From NCBI GenBank assembly GCA_965218795.1, contig OZ244653.1, positions 224,001 through 288,000 on the forward strand: a stretch of 64,000 nt of DNA, written 5' to 3'. This DNA comes from a bacterium (GTDB lineage: Bacteria; UBA8248; JACPRG01; G963555815). The position numbers and the translations under genes are program-made. The stretch's first letter is position 1. Each line of letters starts with the position of its first letter. This document shows, one piece after another, positions 1 to 8,024 of this stretch. A model generated the notes under the pieces. That model ran no database searches. It was given only the letters and a program-made list of their open reading frames with translations, and had not been told where the DNA came from.

Positions 1-257
1 TTATCGCTGCTCCGATCTTCTACATCAAAACTGACTGAAGAGAGCGTATACCCGGCAGGGTTTCTCCCCGTTCTGAATTGCTGGGCGTATACGTGTTGTG
101 AATCGTCAAGCACGAAGCCGACTTGGGAGATCCCGTCGGTATTGTTCGGTGATTGCCCTGTATTACTGACGAGGATCGTCTGGGCTGAAGCGGCGGAGGC
201 GAGCGTCGTGAGCGAACACGCGAAGACCAGGCCGACCAATGCGACCCAACGCGGCAT
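1..257 (-). CDS. secreted protein, 5' part only (signal peptide + choice-of-anchor-R-like domain); runs off window edge
   Basis: Not in ORF track. Manual translation from ATG 257: MPRWVALVGLVFACSLTTLASAASAQTILVSNTGQ...YAQQFRTGRNPAGYTLSSVSFDV; hydrophobic signal peptide with AxA site; open to window edge; alternative GTG at 308. Confidence 0.65.
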   Translation of the reverse strand, partial: MPRWVALVGLVFACSLTTLASAASAQTILVSNTGQSPNNTDGISQVGFVLDDSQHVYAQQFRTGRNPAGYTLSSVSFDVEDRSSD

Positions 258-479
258 GCTCAGAAGGGGCGCCCGCGCGACGCGTCCGTCAGCCGAGGCT
301 GTATTCACGATTCCCGTCGGAGAGCGCGAGCAGCGCCGCGGGCCGGCCGCGGCGCTGCAGTCGATGGAGAAGGATGGCCGCCCCGAGGGGAAGGCAGGCG
401 GTTAGGCGGCAATGGCGGGCGGCGCTCGGCGCTCTTAATGTTCATCGGACGGACAGCGTCCAACCACTTCGCACTGGAT

Positions 480-1187
480 TTACCCCGTTTCAGTGGACAG
501 TTTATGGCTGTCGTCCCCAGCCCTGAGATGGGCGACAGCCGGTGGACGTACAGTCTTCTCCCTGTCCGAATGATGCACGACCCCATAGGGCCGGCGCTGT
601 CCCAGCGCCATGTTGAGCGCCCCGAGCACCAGCTCGGTGCGAAGATGATGGGCCATGCACCACCCTACGATCCGGCGGCTGAACACGTCGAGCACGATGG
701 CCAGGTACACGAACCCCGCCCAGGTCGGCACGTAGGTGATGTCGGCCACCCAGATTCGGTCCGGCCCATCGGCCTGGAACTGGCGTTCGACCCGGTCCGG
801 GACCACACAATGGCTCTGGTCCACGCGCGTAGTGCGCGTGCCTCGGCGTCGGCTCACCCCGGCCAAGCCCGCCTCGCGCATCAGACGAGCTACCCGTTTG
901 CGGCTCACCCGGCAGCCGCCCGCCATCAACTCGGCATGCATCCGAGGCGCCCCGTAGGTGCCGCCAGATGCCTCGTGGATGGCCCGGATCGTGCCCCCCA
1001 ACGCCTCGTCGTGCTTCGCACGATTGGAACGCCCACGGCTTCGTCACGCGTAGTACCCGCTGGAGGAGACACCCAGCACCCGGCACATCGTGGCCACCCG
1101 ATGACAGGCCTGGTTCGCCTTCACGAGCCCGAAGACCTCCCCGGCGCCGAGCCGGTCTCCCGTGCGAACCAGACCGCGGCTTTTTTT
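480..1187 (-). pseudogene. IS3 transposase OrfB, nonsense codon and truncated DDE domain
   Basis: WVADITY...DVFSRRIVGW...HHSD, then sequence breaks off before the catalytic E region; in-frame TGA at 1044-1046 (GYYA*R, normally W). Confidence 0.85.
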
Positions 1188-1435
1188 AGGATCTCCCGTT
1201 CCTCGCGAAGCTGACGGTTCTCCCGGCGAAGCCGGCGCAGCTCCTCGAGCTCTGAGCTTGTCAGACCATCCTCACGACGGCCCTCGTCGCGGTCGGCCTG
1301 GCGCACCCAGTTGCGAATCGCCGAAGCGGAACACTCGAACTCCCGGGCCAGCTCCCCGGGCGTACGGCCCGAGCGAACCAACTCGACCATCTGGCGCCGG
1401 TACGCCGGCGCGTAGGGTGAATGAGTTTTCGCCAT
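1121..1435 (-). CDS. IS3 transposase OrfA (HTH)
   Basis: MAKTHSPYAPAYRRQMVELVRSG...ELRRLRRENRQLREEREILKKAA; GGAGG RBS. Confidence 0.85.
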   Translation of the reverse strand: MAKTHSPYAPAYRRQMVELVRSGRTPGELAREFECSASAIRNWVRQADRDEGRREDGLTSSELEELRRLRRENRQLREEREILKKAAVWFARETGSAPGRSSGS

Positions 1436-1489
1436 CGGAACACCTCCTCCGCACAGTCTGAAGGTGTCCACAAAAACGGGTCAAATCCA

Positions 1490-1877
1490 GGTTGGTCTCC
1501 AACTCAATGACGACGCCGGGGTGGGACAGCTTGAACTCCGCGAGCCTCGGCATGAGCCACTTCTCGGCCACGGCCTCGACCGAAACCAGTTTCAGCCGCT
1601 GTGTCCCGGTATCGCCGCGGCGGCGTTCCGTGGCGACCCGGACCTCGGCCAGAATGCGCTGGACATCCTTCAGATACGCCTTGCCGCGCCCGTTCAGGCG
1701 GACGCCGCGATAACCGCGCTCGAACAGCGCGCCACCGAGATGCTCTTCGAGTACCTTGATGCGGTGCGCAACGGCCGACGAGGAGACGTTGAGCTCCTCA
1801 GCCGCCTTGGCGAAGCTCTCGCGGCGGGCCGCGACTTCGAAAAAGCGCAGGCATTCAAGCGGTGGAAGGGGCGTCAT
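1490..1877 (-). pseudogene. LysR-family regulator (GcvA-like), truncated by IS3
   Basis: LPPLECLRFFEVAARRESFAKAAEELNVSSSAVAHRIKVLE HTH; homology ends at VIELETN exactly at the IS end; 3' half not found beyond the IS. Confidence 0.85.
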
Positions 1878-1982
1878 GGTCTCGGAGCTTCGAACAGGAA
1901 TCGTTGTCCATTTGATCGCCTGTAAGGATACGCGTACTTCACACGAGTTGTGAAACGCAATTCTTTGGGGGTATGGACCAAT

Positions 1983-2870
1983 TCAATTTGGCCCAATGCG
2001 CAGCCCTTGCCGCGGTCGATGGCCCGCGCGTCTTCCTGAAACAACCGGACGCGCGACGGCGTCGAACAGCTTCTTCGCGTCGCCCGACAGGCGCGGCCAG
2101 ATATCGCCTAGATCCACGATCGTGTTGACGTTGGGAATGACCGCGTGATGGCTCGCGCCTTCGAGCCCCTTGTCGTGGAAGCTGCCGTTCTGTCCCTTGC
2201 GGGTCGCCGGCGGCGACGGCCCGGAGATGGCGCCATAGGATTTCCCGGCTTGCAGCCCGGCGACGATCTTCGGTGCGTCCGCGATCGCGCTCTCCGGCAG
2301 GCAGCGCACCTCGGCGCGCGGATAGGTCAGGATCTTCTTACCCGCGCCGTCATAGAGCTCCTGGGTGACCTCCAGGGTCTTGGAAGCCGACCAGCCGAAC
2401 AGGGCGCTGCAAAGCTTCTGCGGCGAGGGCAGGTCGTGGAGCCGGGGCGGGCGTGTTCGCTGTTGGGTCGGGCGCGACCGAACGCCTCGCGGATGGTCTG
2501 CGCGTCCTGCGTGGTGAACAGCACCCTCAGGACCTCGCCGCGATAGCCGCAATGCTCCAGGATTTCCTGGCCGATGAGCTGCCCCTCACGGTCGCAATCG
2601 GTGGCGAGCCAAACCCGCTTGGCGCCGCGCGAATGGCCTTCAGCTTCGCCGCCTTGTAGCCGCCCGAAGCCGGCTTGGCGCCGTAGAGCCCCTCGGGCCT
2701 CAGCAGCACCGCCGACCAGCGCTTCCAGGCCGGGTTCACGTCCTCCGCGGCTCGCACAGATCGAGCAGATGGCCCTCGGCCGGGAGAACGGCGCCGTAAC
2801 GGGACCCGGCGGCGGCGCGGACATCCTTCGCCTGGCTGGATTTTTCGGTGATGACGATCTGATCGGTCAT
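1983..2870 (-). pseudogene. topB: DNA topoisomerase III (plasmid/ICE type IA), frameshifted and internally deleted
   Basis: MTDQIVITEKSSQAKDV; Toprim ATDCDREGQLIG; active-site region TQELYDG...LTYPR, spread over several frames. Confidence 0.8.
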
Positions 2871-2921
2871 GGCAAGCCGGTATTCACCGTCAATACCGGC
2901 CCCGTTCCAGGGAGCCCGCGC

Positions 2922-3465
2922 TCAGCCCGCATCGGACAGCGCGCCGTCGATGGCGGCCAGAAACGGCGCCGCGAACGCCTCGAGCTTGGCCGCGCCGACC
3001 CCGAAGGGCGGCAGCCGGTGATGACCGGCGCGCACGATCTTCTCGGTCTCGGCCCCGCGCAAGATATCGATCACATGCGCCGCGCCGAACCGTTCGCCCG
3101 AGTGGTAGACCGCCGACAGGATCTTCTGCGCATCCTCGGTCCCGTCGACGCGCTCGGCCGGGTCGAGGCAGGCATCGCAATTGCCGCAAGGCTCGATCCG
3201 CTCGCCGAAGTAATCGAGCAGAGCCACCCGGCGGCAGGACGGCGCCTCGCAATAGCCGAGCAAGGCGTCGAGCCGCTTGTGCTCGCGCCGCTTGCGCTCA
3301 GCGCCGGCATCCTCATCCTCGATGAACTGCCGCCGCATGCGGATATCGGCCAGCCCATAGAGCATGTGGGCCTCGGCGGGCGCGCCGTCGCGTCCGGCCC
3401 GGCCGAGCTCCTGCGTAATAGGCCTCGATGCTGCCCGGCAGATCGGTGTGGAAGACGTAGCGCAG
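2922..3465 (-). pseudogene. recQ: RecQ helicase C-terminal fragment (motif VI, Zn-binding/RQC)
   Basis: FHTDLPGSIEAYY/QELGRAGRDG (frameshift); CRRVALLDYFGE..CGNCDAC; ERFGAAHVIDILRG; N-terminal helicase domain absent. Confidence 0.8.
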
Positions 3466-3536
3466 TCTGAGACGGGATCTCAAGCCCGGTACGCATTTGA
3501 CTGCGGATGACTACCGCAACTTGAAAAGCACCAGAC

Positions 3537-3595
3537 CTGACCTCTTAACCATCTTGCCATGCTTCATAGTACGGACGAGAAGGTTAAGAGGTCAG
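3537..3595. repeat. inverted repeat / hairpin with 14-bp perfect arms
   Basis: CTGACCTCTTAACC (3537-3550) ... GGTTAAGAGGTCAG (3582-3595). Confidence 0.7.
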
Positions 3596-3727
3596 ATGAG
3601 ATGTAGATCGACGACGGGTTAGATTCCTCGCTTGACGCATCCAGCGCCGGAACTGCAGCGGGCGAAGCGGAAAGATACTATCGCCACTACTCGTTGGAGA
3701 ACGCGCTTCTCAATACGCTGACATATC

Positions 3728-4993
3728 TCAATTTTCAGGTGGGTGCGCCTCCGCAGCCGGCATGTCTTCCCCCATCAGCTTGTCGATGCGGTCGGCGATC
3801 CGCTGTGCGGGCTCTCGGAGCTGCTCCACCGTCCAGTCAGCGGCGTAACCCTCGGTCACGTCCTGGGGCCGGGCGTGATTGACCAGGCGCTTGGTCAGCG
3901 AGCGCGGCAGCATGAGTTCCCGCTCGGCCACCGTGATGAAGGCGTTGCGCAAACCGTGGAACCAGAACCGTGTTCCTCCCTCCTCGGTGATATCGCCGTA
4001 GAACCTCGCGATGTCCGCGACGTGTCCGCTCCCGCTCTTGGAAGACGGAAACACCCAGCCGTTCTGGCGCGCCGCCGGGTCGGCGTCCGCTAGGCGCCAC
4101 TCGAGGATGGCGGCGAGTTGCCGGGTGAGCGGAAGCTCCAGCGGCTCCCCGGTCTTGGTCTCATCGACCCTGAGGATGCGCCGCTCCATGTCCACCTGCT
4201 CCCGGCGCAGCGAAACGATCTCGCCCCGGCGCATGCCGGTGTAGATGCCGATCAGGAAGATGTCGCGAACCTCCGGTTCGAGGTCGGCGGCCTCGATGCC
4301 CGCGCGCCAGCAAGGCAACACCTCGGCCGGGCTCGATATCCGCCGCCTCCGCTTCCGGTGGAAGCGCCCCCCGGCCGCCAGCCACAGGTCGACCGGATTG
4401 CGCAAACCCTCGAAATCGACGCAGGGCCGGCGGTAGATCGAGCGCAGCATCGAGAGCGTCTGGTTGGCCGCCGACCAGCCGTTTCTGGCGGTGATGAGAT
4501 TGAAGCGGTCCTCGACGTCCTGTCGGGTAATGGCGTCGAGCGGACGCTTCAGCCAGTCGGAGAGGTTGACCCGCAGGTTCTGTTCGTAGAGCCTGACGGT
4601 ATTGACCGCGCGGCTGGGATTCGCCGCCATGTAGACCTCGAAGGCCCGGGCCAGGGTGGGGACGCCGCGGGCATCGGCTCGTTCTCCGGCAGGATCCTCG
4701 CCACGGGCGACGCGTCCGAGCAGGTCCTGGGCCATGCGCCGCGCCCGGTCTGGAGCGATGCGGCCGTAGCGTCCGATCACCACCCGCTTGTTGGGCGCCT
4801 TGCGGCCGCCGGAGCCTGCGCGGTAGTTGACGATGAACGACTTGGTGCCCGAGGGCTGGACGCGAACGCCGAAGCCCGTCAGCTTGTCGTCCCAGGCGAT
4901 CCAGGACTTCTCTGTGGGCTTGAGCGCCTCGACGGTGCGCTTCGTGAGTGTCGTCCTGACCCTGGCGATGCGTTTTCCGGTGTTCTCGTTCAT
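3728..4993 (-). CDS. tyrosine recombinase/integrase with N-terminal arm-DNA-binding domain
   Basis: WDDKLTGFGVRV arm domain; catalytic set R (TGMRRGE), K (ETKT), HGLR, H (LVNH), Y (TEGY) all present; ATG 4993 preferred over 5116. Confidence 0.9.
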   Translation of the reverse strand: MNENTGKRIARVRTTLTKRTVEALKPTEKSWIAWDDKLTGFGVRVQPSGTKSFIVNYRAGSGGRKAPNKRVVIGRYGRIAPDRARRMAQDLLGRVARGEDPAGERADARGVPTLARAFEVYMAANPSRAVNTVRLYEQNLRVNLSDWLKRPLDAITRQDVEDRFNLITARNGWSAANQTLSMLRSIYRRPCVDFEGLRNPVDLWLAAGGRFHRKRRRRISSPAEVLPCWRAGIEAADLEPEVRDIFLIGIYTGMRRGEIVSLRREQVDMERRILRVDETKTGEPLELPLTRQLAAILEWRLADADPAARQNGWVFPSSKSGSGHVADIARFYGDITEEGGTRFWFHGLRNAFITVAERELMLPRSLTKRLVNHARPQDVTEGYAADWTVEQLREPAQRIADRIDKLMGEDMPAAEAHPPEN

Positions 4994-5112
4994 GCCCAGA
5001 CTATAACACCTTGCATCAGAATTAGCAACACTGATGTCAACACATGAAAAGAAACCGGGGCGTGTGCAAACGTACGAATTGCGGTAGATCAGAGACAGGA
5101 ATCCATTATAAT

Positions 5113-5394
5113 TCATTGAAATACATATAGTATAGGCGTTTCATTCGAAGACAATCGCACGTTTGTCTGTTTTGGTATAATATGTTTCTTGAACATGTCC
5201 ACCAGCCCGGGCTGGAAGGTCACGACCCGGTGCCACTCGGTCTTGTCGACCCGGTCTCCGGTCTGCTTGTCGATGTAGCCCTCGTCGGTGGCGATCGACA
5301 GGTTGGCCACGCGTCCTCCGCTGGCGAGGTGGTTGACGGTGACGTCGGATCCCAGGCGTCCGATCACTTCAGCGCGATTGAGTCCGAAGGCCAT
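5113..5394 (-). pseudogene. ssb: single-stranded DNA-binding protein, C-terminally truncated
   Basis: MAFGLNRAEVIGRLGSD...ANLSIATDE...KTEWHRVV; AAGGAG RBS; OB fold breaks off at ~5185. Confidence 0.8.
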
Positions 5395-5482
5395 GATCAT
5401 TCTCCTTCTATGTGAGGGTGTGGAAGACAACGGGTGATGGAACAGGGTGGAGAGCCTCTCTCTCCATTCCCCTTGGTTCACC

Positions 5483-5608
5483 CTAGAAGAGCGTCTCTTC
5501 TTCTCCGGCTTCTGTCCGGATCCTGCGGATGGTGTGGAGATCGAGTCCGATCTCTGCGAGCAGTTCGTCATTGGTGGGGACATCGAGGTCGAGGTCACAG
5601 TCGAGCAT
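5483..5608 (-). CDS. small acidic hypothetical protein (41 aa)
   Basis: Not in track: MLDCDLDLDVPTNDELLAEIGLDLHTIRRIRTEAGEEETLF; AGGAG RBS; co-oriented directly upstream of ssb. Confidence 0.45.
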   Translation of the reverse strand: MLDCDLDLDVPTNDELLAEIGLDLHTIRRIRTEAGEEETLF

Positions 5609-6190
5609 GGGCTGGTCTCCTGTTCGGGGGGATTGTCAATTCCCGGCATCGGGACCGGGAGACCGCCTCCCTCTCCCATGCCGGGCATTTGCCCGGCCCT
5701 TGCCCTACTCGTCCTCTCCAAAGGGAGGCCACCGATGAGGGTGTGGATGAAGGGTGGTCGTGGGTCGTTCATGAACGGACAAGCGGGGTAGTTGCGCGGG
5801 ACCGGGGCGAGGCGGCCGTCCCGGTCGTCGTCCCACGGGCGCAGCGGCTCGGGACAGCCGGCATGAGTGTGGTCTACGGCCCTCCAGGCACATGGACCGT
5901 GTAGCCAGGACGGTGGGGATGGTTCCGATCATGCCGTCAAGCACGATCCGGATATCCTACGGCTCGTCGCCGAGGCCGTAGGCCGGGGAGAAGGCGTAGT
6001 CGAGGTGCTCCGGCAGACTGTGTGCAGTCATGGGTGATTCTGGCGACGGGGACGTGTGGATGATGGTCCCCCCGGCCATATGGGTTCCGGACGGCTCCGG
6101 GCCGGCCACACGTGTGCGGGCGGCAAGCCGATGATACGAATAAGCGCCCGTTCGGGGGACTGCAGTCGAACGCCTATGACTGCCCGGTCA

Positions 6191-6949
6191 TTATGGTGAG
6201 CCGGTCAAGGACGCCATGACCGACTGGTCGCTTATCACCTCCACTTGGTCGTGGGACAACCGGGCGAAGGCCAGGCACATGGCCACCTCCTCCCATCTGT
6301 CCCAGGTCCCGTGGTCCTCGCCCGTGGCGATCTCGATCACGGTGTAGCGAGGCGGAAGGATCGGAAGGCCCCGATGCCGGCTTGAGCGCACCCAGGACCG
6401 GTGCGCGCACGGCACGCACCGCGCCGCCCCCTGCGAGGGTTGGCCGCAGTCTGTGCAACGCCACCTCTCTCGCCTGAGGGTGTAGCGCCTTCGGCTGGCC
6501 GCGTTCTTCCGTGGATGGCGTCTAGCCTCAATGGTGGCACAGGGACCGCAGCGGGAGGCACCTCCAAGGGCCGACCCCCCGCACCGGCCGCATTGGCCCT
6601 CGGCCCTCCGGGCTGCATACAGCTCCCGTTCGGCCGCTTGCCGGGCGTCACGGCAAACCCGGCAGGTCACCCCGCCCTCTACGGGGGAACGAATCCCGCA
6701 GCGCGTGCAAAGGCCGGCGTCCCGGTATGCTCGCAGACGCTTCCTGCTTCTCTCCCGCCCGTTCCGGCGGCGGCTCTTTGGATCCCGGCCGCCGTAGAGC
6801 CTGCCTTCGGCCTTGGCCCTGGCGTACCGGGCGCGCTCGGCCTTGCGCCGCCCGCTGGCGAGGCGCTCTTCGGTGAGCCTGCGGCAGCGTTCCCGGTCTT
6901 GCTCGCGGGCCTTCTCGGGATCCGTGTAGGGCACCGGTATGTCCTCCAT
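6191..6949 (-). CDS. Arg-rich hypothetical protein with six CxxC motifs (three putative Zn-ribbon repeats)
   Basis: CTRC/CRVC, CGRC/CGPC, CTDC/CVPC pairs separated by Arg-rich helices. Confidence 0.6.
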   Translation of the reverse strand: MEDIPVPYTDPEKAREQDRERCRRLTEERLASGRRKAERARYARAKAEGRLYGGRDPKSRRRNGRERSRKRLRAYRDAGLCTRCGIRSPVEGGVTCRVCRDARQAAERELYAARRAEGQCGRCGGSALGGASRCGPCATIEARRHPRKNAASRRRYTLRRERWRCTDCGQPSQGAARCVPCAHRSWVRSSRHRGLPILPPRYTVIEIATGEDHGTWDRWEEVAMCLAFARLSHDQVEVISDQSVMASLTGSP

Positions 6950-7020
6950 GCGGCTGGAATCGGGACGGCGGACGCCCGGCCGGCGGCGGGCCGGCTGGAC
7001 GTCTAGACAGAGAACGCCAC

Positions 7021-7338
7021 TCAGCGCTGCAACATGTTCCGCCAGAGAACATTGCAGCCCCAGTACTGGACCCCGGAGTTCCGGAGGTTGATTCCGGTTG
7101 CAATGATGATCTCGTCCCGCGCGGGCCGCATCTTCCGGACCGCCTGCCGGGACACGGTCGCCTTCGGCGCCTTGCGCCGTCCCCTGGCCCCCGGCCCCCC
7201 GGCGCGCAGGGGCCGGATGTCGCCGTCGGCCATGGACCGGAAGCGCTCGACCACGTAGCGGTCGTCATCGAGACCTTGGCCGAACAGGTGGGTGAGGAAG
7301 GTGCTTGCGTTGCCGGGATGCGTCTGGACCGTGTGCAT
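7021..7338 (-). CDS. hypothetical protein (possibly truncated)
   Basis: AAGGAG RBS before ATG; co-oriented with neighbouring element genes. Confidence 0.4.
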   Translation of the reverse strand: MHTVQTHPGNASTFLTHLFGQGLDDDRYVVERFRSMADGDIRPLRAGGPGARGRRKAPKATVSRQAVRKMRPARDEIIIATGINLRNSGVQYWGCNVLWRNMLQR

Positions 7339-7771
7339 GGCGCCGTCTCCTTATGGGCCGGTGGTTGCCAGAGGCGGTGATGTCCTCTCCTAGGACATCC
7401 GTCCGCCGCCCCCCTCCCGGCCCGGCTCGTCCTCTTCGCGGCGCACCGCGTGTCGGGGGAGAACGGTCCCATCGGCCGTCGGCTGGCCGGCAATAAGTAT
7501 TGACGCACGAGCAGATCGCGGTCCGGCCCGGTGCTATGGAACAGTTTTGTTCAAGGGGTTCGGTGCGCTTTGGAGGCTAGGCTTGAGAGACCTGCGCCAG
7601 ACCGGGTGAGACCGACGGCGGGCCGGCCGTTACATGGTCAATGTTCGTCTGTCCCGGCCTCGTGCGGCCGGGTTTCAGCTGTGGGTCTCCGCTCCGCTGG
7701 AGACCGCTACCGGGCATCCGGCATGGATGCGGTGAAGAGGGAATGGTATGGGGAACGAAGGATGGTTCGAA

Positions 7772-7840
7772 ACCGGCTGTCGTCCACCTCAGGGCTGGAG
7801 GCAACAGCCGCAAACTGTCCACGAAAGCGGGGTAAAACCA
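7772..7840 (+). mobile_element. solo right end of a related IS3 element
   Basis: ACCGGCTGTCGTCCACCTCAGGGCTGGAGGCAACAGCCGCAAACTGTCCACGAAAGCGGGGTAAAACCA closely matches the reverse complement of ~475-545. Confidence 0.75.
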
Positions 7841-8024
7841 GCGCTGGGCTACTGCAATCCCACAACGAGGGGAAAACATTGCTCGAAGAGCTTGCCATCC
7901 AATATGTGAGCATGAGTGATCGAGGCAAGCAGTACACGGTATGGGCCGAATGGCCCGCGGACATGACGTGCGGCCGTATTGATGGGAGATGAGAAAGGCC
8001 CGAGCCTAGATGCCAGCCGCGTCG

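Larger units (their letters stand above)
475..1489 (-). mobile_element. IS3-family element, inactivated and internally deleted (1015 bp)
   Basis: Terminal IRs TGGATTTACCCCGTTTCAGTGGACA (from 475) and TGGATTTGACCCGTTTTTGTGGACA (from 1489, minus strand); orfA/orfB with AAAAAAAG slippery site at 1180-1187; no target duplication visible. Confidence 0.9.

Noticed and set aside
1044-1046. In-frame TGA in IS3 orfB as possible recoding
   Set aside because: It aligns to a conserved Trp (TGG to TGA) in an element that is also internally deleted, so it is an ordinary nonsense mutation.
3537-3595. Hairpin as an integron attC site
   Set aside because: The ends do not fit RYYYAAC/GTTRRRY, there is no cassette array, and the nearby integrase is arm-type rather than IntI.
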